A stretch of DNA of 64,000 nt, from IMG/VR virus record IMGVR_UViG_3300036940_000262. One strand, written 5' to 3'. This document shows, one piece after another, positions 10,304 through 20,367 of this stretch. Source of the stretch: an uncultured virus (IMG/VR IMGVR_UViG_3300036940_000262) (taxonomy: Duplodnaviria > Heunggongvirae > Uroviricota > Caudoviricetes). Positions within the stretch are counted from its first letter, which is position 1. Every line of letters begins with the position of its first letter. The translations under genes were made by a program, and so were the position numbers. Under the pieces are notes generated by a model. That model ran no database searches. It worked only from the letters and a program-made list of their open reading frames with translations, and was not told where the DNA came from.

Positions 10304-12369
10304 AACTATTTAGACAATTATCAGGACTAGGGGATACTTCCGATACAAGGCTAGGGTTCTTTAGATTATGGGAAAGAGTATTTTTAAGATATGAAAATAT
10401 GAATAGTAGTTTAAGACCAGAAGTTAGAGATTACAACTATTATTCAGATGGAAGTTCAATTTTTAGCAATCGTAGGGATGTTGCTTTTGTATACACAATA
10501 GATGGTATGGAACGAGAAGTGCCTATAGATATACGAGCAAGAATACGTCAAGAAGCAAAGCCAGGAGTGCGGGTTAATTTTATATCTCTTTTTGAAAGAA
10601 CTAAAATAGACTGGAGTTCAAGTAGGACGAAGTCAACTATTCGTTTATGGTCTACACTTAATAAAGACATGAAAGATGTAGATGAGTTCTCATATAACGA
10701 CAATGTTAAATACTTAGACAATAATGCTTGGAGAAAGCAATCTTTAATTTATCACACAGGTGCGGATAATCGAAAGAGGAGGTTGTTTAAGTATAGAACT
10801 TTAATGTTAGTTATTGGTGAGAGAGATGTTGATTTCGATAACTCTATTGAGGAAATACTTAAAACTAGAAGTATGAAAATCACTAGAGTTACAGAGGGGG
10901 TAGACAGATATTTAAGGGTATTTAGTCCTTTCTCCTTAGAGTACAACTCTAGTGTTTTAAAAGATGTCGGTGCAGTAGAGCTAACAGACGAGTTAGTTTC
11001 GAGACTTAGCAGTTACGATCATGGTAAAATTGGTGAGTTTGGACTATATTGGGGGGTAGATATTGAGTCTCGTTTTCCTGTTTTAAAGGCTGTAAAAGTA
11101 CATTCAACTGATGCTGAAAACATTCTTATAACCGCTGAAACTGGTGGAGGTAAATCATTCCTTGTAAAAATGATAATAATGCAGTTACTTGCTGATGTGA
11201 GATTTAGAGGAACTATCATGGATATTGAGGGTTTTGAGTATAAAACTCTTGCTGATTTTGTCAGAAACAAAAGTAGTGTAGTAGTTATCAATATGGCTGA
11301 AGGTCAAGGTGCTTATTATGACCCTGTAGAGATATGTCATGTATCTGGTTTAAGTGAAGAGCAAGACAGTGATACAGATATGTTTAGTTTTTCTCAATCC
11401 TTTACTTTATCCCTATTTAAGACGTTACTTGGTGATGTATTAAAAGATAACAATTGGGCGAGTATAATAATCGATAATGCTGTTGCGAACACATATGCTA
11501 GTAGAGGTGTAACATCAGAAAAGTCTACTTGGAGGTACAGTACAGGATTAACCTTATTTGATGTGTATGAAAATATTAAGCAGTTGTACGATTTAACAAT
11601 GATAGATGATTCTGAGCTACATTATAAATATCGTAGCAATGAAGAGTATATCTCAGCTTTAGATTTAGTTGTGGCGAAGTTGGGTGTTTATTTTGAAAAG
11701 CCCGAAAACGGCGGTACTAGATCACATTTGTTTAAAAAGAGAGTTAAACTAGAGGAAGTAGTCAATGCTAAACTTGTAATTTGTTCTTTTGGCATGGCTG
11801 GTAAATCACAGGATTTAGTTGACCCTGTTCAGATGGCTTTAGCTCAACTATCAGCAGCAAACATCTCTCACATAAGGTCATTATTTTCATCTAGGGATGG
11901 ATTGTATAACTTCAAGGTTTGGGAGGAGTTTCAACGATGGGGTGCGTTTCCTGACTCAGATAAAACAATTAAAACAGCTTTAACTGGCGGTCGTAAGCTT
12001 GGTGATGTGAATTTAATATTAACTAACAATGTTAAAGACTTGCTTGATGATGATAAATTTGCTGTATTTGGAAATACAACATCCTTTGCAATTGGTGCAA
12101 TCAATGATCAAGAGACAAGAGATAGATTGATTCAAAAACTGTCAATCCCCCTATTAAAACCAGATTTAGATAAGATTGTATTAACTAAAAAGAATACAAG
12201 TAGGAAGAAAGACAAGAAATCAAAAGGTAAGATAGGGAACAAGTACGATAAGGCTTTCCTCTTAAGATTAGACAGAAGTGTTGCAACGATTGTAAAGATG
12301 GAAGTTCCTGAATATTTAGCAGAGTCAAGTTTGCTAAAAACAGGAGACGAAGCCACAGGGGTAGCTTAA
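10300..12369 (+). CDS. virB4: VirB4/TraC-family conjugative ATPase
   Basis: Walker A AETGGGKS, IMDIEGFEY, Walker B variant VWEEFQ, GRKLG motif; TL.DVY pattern typical of VirB4. Confidence 0.8.
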   Translation: MKLFRQLSGLGDTSDTRLGFFRLWERVFLRYENMNSSLRPEVRDYNYYSDGSSIFSNRRDVAFVYTIDGMEREVPIDIRARIRQEAKPGVRVNFISLFERTKIDWSSSRTKSTIRLWSTLNKDMKDVDEFSYNDNVKYLDNNAWRKQSLIYHTGADNRKRRLFKYRTLMLVIGERDVDFDNSIEEILKTRSMKITRVTEGVDRYLRVFSPFSLEYNSSVLKDVGAVELTDELVSRLSSYDHGKIGEFGLYWGVDIESRFPVLKAVKVHSTDAENILITAETGGGKSFLVKMIIMQLLADVRFRGTIMDIEGFEYKTLADFVRNKSSVVVINMAEGQGAYYDPVEICHVSGLSEEQDSDTDMFSFSQSFTLSLFKTLLGDVLKDNNWASIIIDNAVANTYASRGVTSEKSTWRYSTGLTLFDVYENIKQLYDLTMIDDSELHYKYRSNEEYISALDLVVAKLGVYFEKPENGGTRSHLFKKRVKLEEVVNAKLVICSFGMAGKSQDLVDPVQMALAQLSAANISHIRSLFSSRDGLYNFKVWEEFQRWGAFPDSDKTIKTALTGGRKLGDVNLILTNNVKDLLDDDKFAVFGNTTSFAIGAINDQETRDRLIQKLSIPLLKPDLDKIVLTKKNTSRKKDKKSKGKIGNKYDKAFLLRLDRSVATIVKMEVPEYLAESSLLKTGDEATGVA

Positions 12370-12382
12370 ACAGGAGAAGAAG

Positions 12383-13300
12383 ATGAAAAGTATATTTAAA
12401 AAGCTAGGGGAGTTAGTAGTAAACAACACAAAAATAACTGTTATACTCGTTGTTTTGGGTATAGTATTCTTTTTGGGTGTTGGTGTATACAATAGTTATC
12501 AAGCAAAACTAGAGGAGGATGCAAGACAAGCTAGAATGGAGGAGGCTAGGCAAGCATCTGAAAGCAGTTCTGAAAGTGCCGACAGCTTACTTATTCAGGT
12601 ACAACCAGACCTTGTTGATAAGTTTGGATCTGTTCCAGAAGGGTTTATTTGGGATATGGATGGGACAGTCTTATCTTTAGGAGACCAATCTATGTCTGCT
12701 GAGGATGTTGTTTTTGCGTACTTACAAGGGTTATCCTCTTTAGACATTTCTACTGTTCAACGGTACTCTAGACGAAGCTCTGTAGTAGAAAGGTATGGAA
12801 GTTACTTCGATTCAACAGATAAGACAACAGATTATACAGACCAATTTATGAGGGGTATGTATAGAGAGAGTTTGCTGTCTTTACAGTCAAAAGGAATAGA
12901 AAGTAATGCTGTTTTTGCTGAAAATAAGCAAGTGTTTACAATAAACTTAAGACTACTTGACTTAACAGATAAAGATTTCTGGAGACATGACCAGATGGAG
13001 ATTTACGAAAACTTATATATGTACTACTCTGATGAGTCAGATTCAACAAAGAGTGATATGTATTTATATGAATACATTTTAGACTACTATCAGTCAGGTG
13101 ATGCCCAATTGAGAGATATAACAGTGGATATAACTGTACAACGTTATCCAGATCTAGACAGTGGTTGGTTAGTATCTGTAGACACAGATGTGGATTCAGC
13201 CTGTATCTATAAAGAGGGTAATCTAGTTGTAAGCTATATAAAAGAACAGTACAGAGACTACGGAAGAGAATTAGTAGAGGACTCAAGAGGGGTACAGTAA
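12383..13300 (+). CDS. Bitopic membrane protein; possible VirB8/TcpC-like channel subunit
   Basis: Single N-terminal TM, short coiled coil, extracytoplasmic domain; RBS AGGAG; follows virB4. Confidence 0.45.
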   Translation: MKSIFKKLGELVVNNTKITVILVVLGIVFFLGVGVYNSYQAKLEEDARQARMEEARQASESSSESADSLLIQVQPDLVDKFGSVPEGFIWDMDGTVLSLGDQSMSAEDVVFAYLQGLSSLDISTVQRYSRRSSVVERYGSYFDSTDKTTDYTDQFMRGMYRESLLSLQSKGIESNAVFAENKQVFTINLRLLDLTDKDFWRHDQMEIYENLYMYYSDESDSTKSDMYLYEYILDYYQSGDAQLRDITVDITVQRYPDLDSGWLVSVDTDVDSACIYKEGNLVVSYIKEQYRDYGRELVEDSRGVQ

Positions 13301-13453
13301 ATGTTAATTGCATTAGTTGTAGCGATTATGATATTGTCAGCAACATTTGTATTCACATTTGATGGGGTTACAAGCACAGCAAAAACAATATCAGGTGTAG
13401 GTTTAGGTTTAGCGGTTTTGTGGGTGATTTTTAGAATAGCTACAGGAGGGTAA
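13301..13453 (+). CDS. Small two-TM membrane protein (50 aa), missing from the ORF track
   Basis: MLIALVVAIMILSATFVFTFDGVTSTAKTISGVGLGLAVLWVIFRIATGG*; ATG directly follows the upstream TAA; RBS GAGGGG; fills the gap exactly. Confidence 0.75.
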   Translation: MLIALVVAIMILSATFVFTFDGVTSTAKTISGVGLGLAVLWVIFRIATGG

Positions 13454-13457
13454 TTGA

Positions 13458-15638
13458 GTGCGAGGGGATATAGACAGAGATAAAATAGAGCAAGCAAGAG
13501 CAAACAGAAATGCGCCTAAATATGATCAAGGTCAAGGTTCTGGTGACGATATGGATGATGGTTGGTCTTTTTCATCAGGGGAGGAAGACATGGATTTTGA
13601 GAACAGTTTTGGTTCAATCGGGGAGTCTGAAAATGTAGGAATAGACTTAGGGGATTCTTTTTCAGGTTCGCAGTTTGCTCAACCCCAAGTACCTTCAACC
13701 CCTCAAAAATCTTCTGAGGAGGTGATTTTTGATGGTGTAGTTGCAGGGGGTAAGGTTGCTTTCAAGGGTGCAAAAGAGCTGGCAGATGGCGTACAGAAAG
13801 GTTTAGAGGGCAGTAATGCACTGCATTGGTGTATGTATGGCAGGAAGGTGATAGTGGTTTCTGCTGTTGTCAGTGTGGCTAGTTTGTTACTTAAGATTAT
13901 TTCACTTATCACTGGTTCTTTTTCAAGCATATTTTGGGTTTTAGTGGGTGGTTTGATCTCTCTGATGTCAGGACTTATAATTTTTACTTTCAACTTTGAA
14001 AATAGTAGAGAAATTAAAACTAACGAGTATGGAGAACCTCAAGATATTAACGATTATCCAGACGAGAGTGCGGAGGAACCAATTGACTGGGGTGATGATG
14101 AGGATTTTCAAGAGGGTGAAGATACTGGGGAATCTGAAATAGATTGGGGTTCAGACGACATGTGGGGTGATGAGGATGAGGAGGTAGAGGATACATCTTG
14201 GAATGTTGTAAATGAGTCTATAGTAGATACTGTAGAGGAGGCTATAAATAACATCAAAGAAATACCAGTAAACACTCATACAAGAGCATACTTATACGAA
14301 GAGTATATAAAGATTCTTCCAAAAATAAACCCAACATTTTCTAAAATGAGACAACTAGATGATGAGGGAGATGAGTTTTTAGAGTTTGCAAGTTACTTAG
14401 ATGAAGCTTCTAAGATAGTAGGGGTAAAAGAAGGTTATGAGCCTTTTCTTGAGGAAGTTAGAGAAAATGACCTAATCGTCCAATTAAAAATAACAAGACC
14501 AAAAGGTTTAAATTTAGAACAAGTTGCTAATGAATTGGCGGATATGTCAAGCAAAGACAGTTATGGAAAGACAGTTAAAGAAGGTGTTTACGCAACTTTT
14601 TCAACTGTAGGTAGTTCAGCAATTATCAATATCTTTAAAGGCGAAAACTGTATTGTCTCAATAGCAGATACCTATTTAATAGAAAAAGACTTTGTTCTAG
14701 ACACTAACAATAAGATGCCAATAGTATTTGGGGTAGACGAAAGTGGGGACGTTTGGAAGTTTGATGCTGAGAATGTATTTAGTTATATTATAAGCGGTAA
14801 GCCGAGGTCAGGTAAATCTTGGGCGGCAATCACACTCATCGTACAATTGGTGATGTACTCAACTCCTGATGAAATCAACTTTGAGGTATTCGATGTTAAG
14901 GCAAAGGGTTCTGATTACTATTATATGAGCGGTCAATTACCTCATTTTACTTATTTTGAGAGTGATCCTATCAAGATAACACAGAGGTTGGAGTATCTTT
15001 TAAGTGTAGAAGTACCGAGAAGAAAAGAGTATATGGGAAAATACGGGGTAACTAATATTAAAGACTTAAAAAAGATGAATCCGGATGTTAAGTTACCGTA
15101 TATTTATATTGTGGTTGATGAGATGGTAGGTTTAAACACAAGATTAGACAAGATAGATAAAAACGCGTATACTCAGTTTAGGGAGAATCTGCAGGCAGTT
15201 ATAACAGAAGCACCTAATATTGGTTTCAGAGTCATCTTAATCCCTCATCGTATAACTGATAAAATTATACCAAAGACAATTTATACGATGGTAGGGTTTA
15301 CGGCTTGTGTTCGTTCTGATATGTCGGAAATTAAAGCACCTATGAATGTTACACCGTCATCATTCCCATATAGCTTTCCAAAACAAGGTGATATGGCTTT
15401 AAAAACTACAGAAATCAATGCGGATAAAGCAGTGTATTCTCATGGTTTAGCCTTAGCAAAAGATGAACAAGAGAATAGGGCAATTTACAGATATATTGGC
15501 AGTTTGTGGTCTAAGACATTTAGAACGAAGCAAGGTGATGAAGAGAAACAATATGGAGAGAAAGAAGCACCTAAAAATGTTGATTGGGTAGACGACGTAG
15601 AGGACGATACAGACGAGTCCTTCTGGGATGAAGTTTAA
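13458..15638 (+). CDS. FtsK/SpoIIIE-family DNA translocase (TcpA-like coupling protein)
   Basis: Two TM helices; MPIVFGVD; Walker A ISGKPRSGKS; FDVK; PYIYIVVDE Walker B; GDM motif. Confidence 0.85.
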   Translation: MRGDIDRDKIEQARANRNAPKYDQGQGSGDDMDDGWSFSSGEEDMDFENSFGSIGESENVGIDLGDSFSGSQFAQPQVPSTPQKSSEEVIFDGVVAGGKVAFKGAKELADGVQKGLEGSNALHWCMYGRKVIVVSAVVSVASLLLKIISLITGSFSSIFWVLVGGLISLMSGLIIFTFNFENSREIKTNEYGEPQDINDYPDESAEEPIDWGDDEDFQEGEDTGESEIDWGSDDMWGDEDEEVEDTSWNVVNESIVDTVEEAINNIKEIPVNTHTRAYLYEEYIKILPKINPTFSKMRQLDDEGDEFLEFASYLDEASKIVGVKEGYEPFLEEVRENDLIVQLKITRPKGLNLEQVANELADMSSKDSYGKTVKEGVYATFSTVGSSAIINIFKGENCIVSIADTYLIEKDFVLDTNNKMPIVFGVDESGDVWKFDAENVFSYIISGKPRSGKSWAAITLIVQLVMYSTPDEINFEVFDVKAKGSDYYYMSGQLPHFTYFESDPIKITQRLEYLLSVEVPRRKEYMGKYGVTNIKDLKKMNPDVKLPYIYIVVDEMVGLNTRLDKIDKNAYTQFRENLQAVITEAPNIGFRVILIPHRITDKIIPKTIYTMVGFTACVRSDMSEIKAPMNVTPSSFPYSFPKQGDMALKTTEINADKAVYSHGLALAKDEQENRAIYRYIGSLWSKTFRTKQGDEEKQYGEKEAPKNVDWVDDVEDDTDESFWDEV

Positions 15639-15649
15639 GAGAGGTCGTA

Positions 15650-16858
15650 ATGGTAAAGGTAGATTTAACTATGAGTGAGTTTCAAGGTGTACTAAATACA
15701 AAGAACTCTTTGAATCCTTTAATAGAGGGCAAGAAAGAGGGATACAACTATGAGGTCATCTCGAATAAAAAGGTTGTGTTATTAAAAACAGAAGTAGAGA
15801 GCAGAGCATTAGACTACGCACTGATAGATTTACTGAATGAAAAAGAAGAACCTAAGTATTTAAGTATAGATGAGTTGTTGTGTGGTTTCTCCGAGGGGTT
15901 AAATTCCACTACAGACGATGATGAAGACTCTTTTGCAGAAGATTCTAGTGGGGATACAGGTATTCTTATAGATGATGAGGAAGAATTTTATACTGACGAT
16001 ATTAGTGGGGATACAGGTATCCTTGTAAATGACGAGGATGCTATTGGTGTCTATTTTGACGATGAGGATGACTTCTACTTTGAGAAGGATATAGAGAATG
16101 TCGACACTACTGAGGATGAAGATGAGTTCTATGTTTATGAAGACATAGGTGATAGTAACGATATGGTTGACGGGGATGATGAGGAAGAGTTCTATGTTGA
16201 TGATGGGGACAGTGAAGACGACTTATATGTTAATGGTGATAACTTATCAGATTGGGAAGAAGACGAATTATATCTAGGGTTTACTTATGAAACTAGGATA
16301 ATTTTAGATGATAAGTTGAGTAATACTGAAATAGCTAACACTTACACTAAAGTTGAGGATATCGAAGAAGATTTGGATATCGATGAGGAGTATGGAACAA
16401 CTGATATTGAAGAGGAAGATTCAACAGATAGCAGGTGTGCTGATGTAGGTGGTTCTAAGGGAACAAACGAGGATGTGTGGGATAATGAGTGGGGTTTAGA
16501 GGACTTGTCGGTTGAAAGTGACGATATAGAACTTCACAGTGTAAAGGAGGAACAAAGTAGTGATAACATTATAAGTGCGGGGGAATCTGGAAGTGACTCT
16601 GAGGACATATCAGATTTATTTAGTGCGGATGATATTTCTGAGGATTTGTATGATATAAAAGAAAGTACTATTGTAGAGAAACAACCTGAAGCAGTGGAGA
16701 TAAAAGAGGAAAAACCTAAAGATTTGAGAGCCTATGTAAAGAAAAATAAAGGGTGTTCAATTCAAGAGGTGGTAGACTTATATTCTAAAAGAGAACTTGA
16801 TTCTGCAATGAGTTTAGGTAGAGTGTACACTAGGTCAGGAAAATTATATGTGTCTTAA
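15650..16858 (+). CDS. Highly acidic D/E-rich low-complexity protein with a small basic C-terminal domain
   Basis: Long Asp/Glu tracts with DDEEEFY-type repeats; C-terminus KDLRAYVKKNKG...GRVYTRSGKLYV. Confidence 0.7.
   Translation: MVKVDLTMSEFQGVLNTKNSLNPLIEGKKEGYNYEVISNKKVVLLKTEVESRALDYALIDLLNEKEEPKYLSIDELLCGFSEGLNSTTDDDEDSFAEDSSGDTGILIDDEEEFYTDDISGDTGILVNDEDAIGVYFDDEDDFYFEKDIENVDTTEDEDEFYVYEDIGDSNDMVDGDDEEEFYVDDGDSEDDLYVNGDNLSDWEEDELYLGFTYETRIILDDKLSNTEIANTYTKVEDIEEDLDIDEEYGTTDIEEEDSTDSRCADVGGSKGTNEDVWDNEWGLEDLSVESDDIELHSVKEEQSSDNIISAGESGSDSEDISDLFSADDISEDLYDIKESTIVEKQPEAVEIKEEKPKDLRAYVKKNKGCSIQEVVDLYSKRELDSAMSLGRVYTRSGKLYVS
15946..16020 (+). repeat. 18-bp direct repeat TAGTGGGGATACAGGTAT x2 (57-bp period), encoding SGDTGI
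   Basis: Exact copies at 15946 and 16003 within the acidic protein gene. Confidence 0.8.
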
Positions 16859-16878
16859 CAATAAGGGGGTAAAGAGTT

Positions 16879-17187
16879 TTGGAGATTACAAAAATTGTTT
16901 ATTATTTAAATGAAGGGGATAGTGTCGAAGGTTGCTTTTTAGGAAGGTGTTCAATTGTTTTTTCAGACACTTTAATAGTTCATAATGTAAAGATATTCAA
17001 CGGTTTAAAAGGAAGGTATATAGTGATGCCCGAAAAGGCGGATGAGTGTGAGGATAACAAAAGATGGGGTAAAGATGTTTTCCACTCATTAAACAAAGAT
17101 TTTTTCAACTATATGTCTAAACAAGTATTAGAAGGTTACGAGTTATATAAAGGCAGGGGTAGATTCAGCTACAGACCGAGAAATTAA
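16879..17187 (+). CDS. spoVG: SpoVG-family nucleic-acid-binding protein
   Basis: MEIT, SIVFSDTLIVHNVKIFNGLKGRYIVMP and KDVFH match the SpoVG pattern; TTG start with RBS AAGGGGG. Confidence 0.8.
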   Translation: MEITKIVYYLNEGDSVEGCFLGRCSIVFSDTLIVHNVKIFNGLKGRYIVMPEKADECEDNKRWGKDVFHSLNKDFFNYMSKQVLEGYELYKGRGRFSYRPRN

Positions 17188-17201
17188 GAAAGGGTAGAGT
17201 A

Positions 17202-18785
17202 ATGGCAAAAAAGAGAGAACTTAGTTATTATGGGGAGTATTTAAAAGGTTCTTATTTAACAGATGAGGATTGTCAAATACTGGATATAATTAAAGATATG
17301 TCAGATGAGAATAGACCTGTAGAGGAGCTTAGAAAAACAATATTTGAGTTATCTGACGAGGATGTTGCAAGGGTTTTAGAGGAGGAGACAACAGATTTTT
17401 TAGTAGAAAAAAAGCTTGGGGAGCTTAGAGACGAGCAGACAACTGGTGTTGCATTTATGTATCATGCAAAGAGACTTGTTCTAGGCGATTCTGTAGGGAT
17501 GGGTAAAACTGTAGAAATAAGTGGCTTATTAAATCTTTTAAGTCAGGAGTATCTTAAACAAGGAAAAGAGTTCAGGTACTTATTTTTAACAGAAAAAACG
17601 TTATTAGATCAGGCAAGATTTGAGTTAATAAAGTTCACAGGTGAGTTTGTCGATACGCTGTGGGGTGAGAAGAAAGACGTACAGAAGTTTATTGACAGAT
17701 ATTCAGAAGAGTTGACAACAAATATAGCAGGGGTACACTCATTGTTCAATAGCAAGTATTTTCAAAACTATATATCTTCATACAGAGATATGTATGACTG
17801 CAACCCTTTTGATGCAGTCATTATTGATGAGTCTGCTGTTGTTGCTAATACTGCAACTCAAACATTTAAAAATGCTGTGTTTTTAACAAAAGATATACCT
17901 AGAGTGATTGTGATCAACGCTACACCTTTCGAATCGAATTTAAGAGCTTTTTATTCACAAATAACTTTGTGTGACGGCTCATTATTACCAACGAAAACAG
18001 ATTTCAAAAAGCAATACGAGATAACAGACTTCACAAAAACTTATCCAGTTTTTTCTGGGAAGTACAAAAATGCTGAAAAGTTTGAAAAACAGGTTAAGTA
18101 CAGGTATTTGGCTAGAACTCGTAAGAAAACTGGTGCTGTTATGAAGGATTGTTCTGCTAAAGTAATTATCTCTCCTTTATCAAAAGAGCAGAAGAAGTTA
18201 CTTGCTTTAACATCAATGCCAAACATGGTCTACAATTGTCCGAACTACTTTTATGAAAATATGGAAATTAATAGAGAAACTATTCCAAAGTTAGGTTCTT
18301 TGATTGATTACATAAGATATGAAGCAAAGGAAGAAAAAACAATATTAGTTTACTCAAAGTATTTAAAGTCTCAGGATTGTATAGCGGTTGCTTTAGAGGA
18401 GTTAGGTATCGACTATAGAATCTTAAATGGTAGTACAAGCAGAGAGGACAGACAGACTACTATAAACGAGTTTAAACGAAAAGATTTCAGAGTACTAATA
18501 ACAAATGTACAAAAGGGTTTAAACTTTGGTAACTGTGATTGTTGTATATTCTACACCTATGATTCAAACCCAAACAGAATGGTTCAGTTTGAGGGTCGTA
18601 TGATGCGTAGTTTTGATATAGTAAACAAGAAAGTAGTTGTACTACTTTCTGAAGGCAAAGAACAGAAACAGTTTAATGAAATAATTTCAACGAAAGCAAG
18701 AGCTTCGGACTTGTTTGCAGGTAGTGACTTCTCTTGTGTGTTGAGTCTATTACTTGAAGATAAGTCAAAATGGGAGAGCGCATGA
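17202..18785 (+). CDS. SNF2-like superfamily 2 helicase/translocase
   Basis: LGDSVGMGKT, IIDES, ATPFE, GLN and QFEGRMMR motifs. Confidence 0.85.
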   Translation: MAKKRELSYYGEYLKGSYLTDEDCQILDIIKDMSDENRPVEELRKTIFELSDEDVARVLEEETTDFLVEKKLGELRDEQTTGVAFMYHAKRLVLGDSVGMGKTVEISGLLNLLSQEYLKQGKEFRYLFLTEKTLLDQARFELIKFTGEFVDTLWGEKKDVQKFIDRYSEELTTNIAGVHSLFNSKYFQNYISSYRDMYDCNPFDAVIIDESAVVANTATQTFKNAVFLTKDIPRVIVINATPFESNLRAFYSQITLCDGSLLPTKTDFKKQYEITDFTKTYPVFSGKYKNAEKFEKQVKYRYLARTRKKTGAVMKDCSAKVIISPLSKEQKKLLALTSMPNMVYNCPNYFYENMEINRETIPKLGSLIDYIRYEAKEEKTILVYSKYLKSQDCIAVALEELGIDYRILNGSTSREDRQTTINEFKRKDFRVLITNVQKGLNFGNCDCCIFYTYDSNPNRMVQFEGRMMRSFDIVNKKVVVLLSEGKEQKQFNEIISTKARASDLFAGSDFSCVLSLLLEDKSKWESA

Positions 18786-19969
18786 GGGGTAAAAAACGAC
18801 TAAGTGTATTTATAACTCTGTTTTTACTATTACCAACAATATTTAATCTACTGTCACCTTACATTGTAAACGCTGCTGTTTCAGACGATTTTATGACTTT
18901 TAGTCAAGGGGATGAAAGATGGGCTAACGAGACTTACGATGCTAAAACAGGTGAGTTGATTGGGGATTCTGGTTGTGCAATCACTGCCGTAGCTGTGCTG
19001 ATGGCTTACGCAAACCCTAAACTTAGGGATGTGGAGGTGTTCAATCCTAAGAAATTGGCGGATGGTATGTATGTCGATAATGGAAACATGGTGTGGTCAG
19101 AACCAGCTAGCGTAGATCCAACATTTACTTTTGTGTCAAGAGGCAGTGATGGTAGTGGTTCGTCAGCAAACGATACGATAAAGAAGTATTTAGATGAAGG
19201 GAAGTACGTTGTAGTAATGACAACAAAACAACCTATAACTGGGTATATGCATTTTTCTCCCATAGTTGGTTGGGATGCTTCAACTAATAAACCTAAAGTT
19301 TGGGATGTAAATTCAGGTAAACATACTGATTGGTCTGATTGGGAGACTGCAGGTATTGAGTATTTTGTCGTATACGAAAGTTCTCTTAACAAGAGTTACG
19401 ATGTTTTAGGCAAGTCAACTGGTAATGGTGCAGTTGGTGAGACACCTACTGAAGACGAACTACAAGAAAATTGGGCACGAGTTGAAGAGTGGGAACTTGT
19501 AGGTATGCATAAAAACTCTGCATTTTGGTCAGAAATGGAAGAATTAATCTTTCCTGATGGTTCTGATTTAACTACTGTAGAGTTAGAAAACTTAAGTTCA
19601 ATTCAATCAAATATAGATGGTCGGAAAACTTCATTCATTGATTATGTTAATTTAGGGTTTACAATCTTTGGGTTATTATTAGAACTTTATGTAGTAGTTC
19701 TAGCATTGGCCTATTGGGTTGATAAAGGGATTTCTTGGATAGACATACCATTTTTAACAGTATTGACTTTCGGTAAATACAAAGTATGGGAGGAAGAGTA
19801 TGGAGTAGACATCGGGTATAACAGCACTACTAAGATCACATATTGTAACTTTACATTTGCAGTAAAACGGTTATTCTTAATCGGTCTATTTGGTTTCTTT
19901 TTAATAAACAAAGGGGTATTCAGAGTAGTTAATGAGATATATTACTTTATAATAAGTCACATTTTTTAG
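18782..19969 (+). CDS. Exported C39-like cysteine peptidase with C-terminal membrane domain
   Basis: Signal peptide; FSQGDERW, SGCAITA (catalytic Cys), MHF and VWD; C-terminal TM helices. Start moved from 18770 to the ATG after GGAGAG. Confidence 0.75.
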   Translation: MRGKKRLSVFITLFLLLPTIFNLLSPYIVNAAVSDDFMTFSQGDERWANETYDAKTGELIGDSGCAITAVAVLMAYANPKLRDVEVFNPKKLADGMYVDNGNMVWSEPASVDPTFTFVSRGSDGSGSSANDTIKKYLDEGKYVVVMTTKQPITGYMHFSPIVGWDASTNKPKVWDVNSGKHTDWSDWETAGIEYFVVYESSLNKSYDVLGKSTGNGAVGETPTEDELQENWARVEEWELVGMHKNSAFWSEMEELIFPDGSDLTTVELENLSSIQSNIDGRKTSFIDYVNLGFTIFGLLLELYVVVLALAYWVDKGISWIDIPFLTVLTFGKYKVWEEEYGVDIGYNSTTKITYCNFTFAVKRLFLIGLFGFFLINKGVFRVVNEIYYFIISHIF

Positions 19970-19983
19970 GGAGGGTTCTCGAC

Positions 19984-20364
19984 ATGGTTAAGAAGGTAGT
20001 AAAGTCGAAGGTAGATACAGTTGGTTTAGCAATATCTTTACTAAAGCGTTATCACAAATTTATAATAGAGGAGACTACAATAGTTGTAGAATACGAATAT
20101 AAAAACTTATTTAAACATGCTTTGAAAGATATTTTAGAGTTGGAGTCCTTTGAAACAACTGGTAGAATATATGAATATGGTGATGTTTGTATAAGTTACC
20201 TTAAAGAAACTACTGGCTTACCTAAAAACGTAGGTAAATTGGAATTGTCTGATAGGGTTTCGATATTATCAGCTTGTGAACATGGATTAGATTTGAATGT
20301 ATTCGACAAAGAATTGATATTAAAAGGTAGATTAAAGTATGAAAAAGGAAAAGAGGTAGATTAA
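19984..20364 (+). CDS. Hypothetical protein
   Basis: 126-aa ORF with RBS GGGAGGG. Confidence 0.6.
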   Translation: MVKKVVKSKVDTVGLAISLLKRYHKFIIEETTIVVEYEYKNLFKHALKDILELESFETTGRIYEYGDVCISYLKETTGLPKNVGKLELSDRVSILSACEHGLDLNVFDKELILKGRLKYEKGKEVD

Positions 20365-20367
20365 ACT

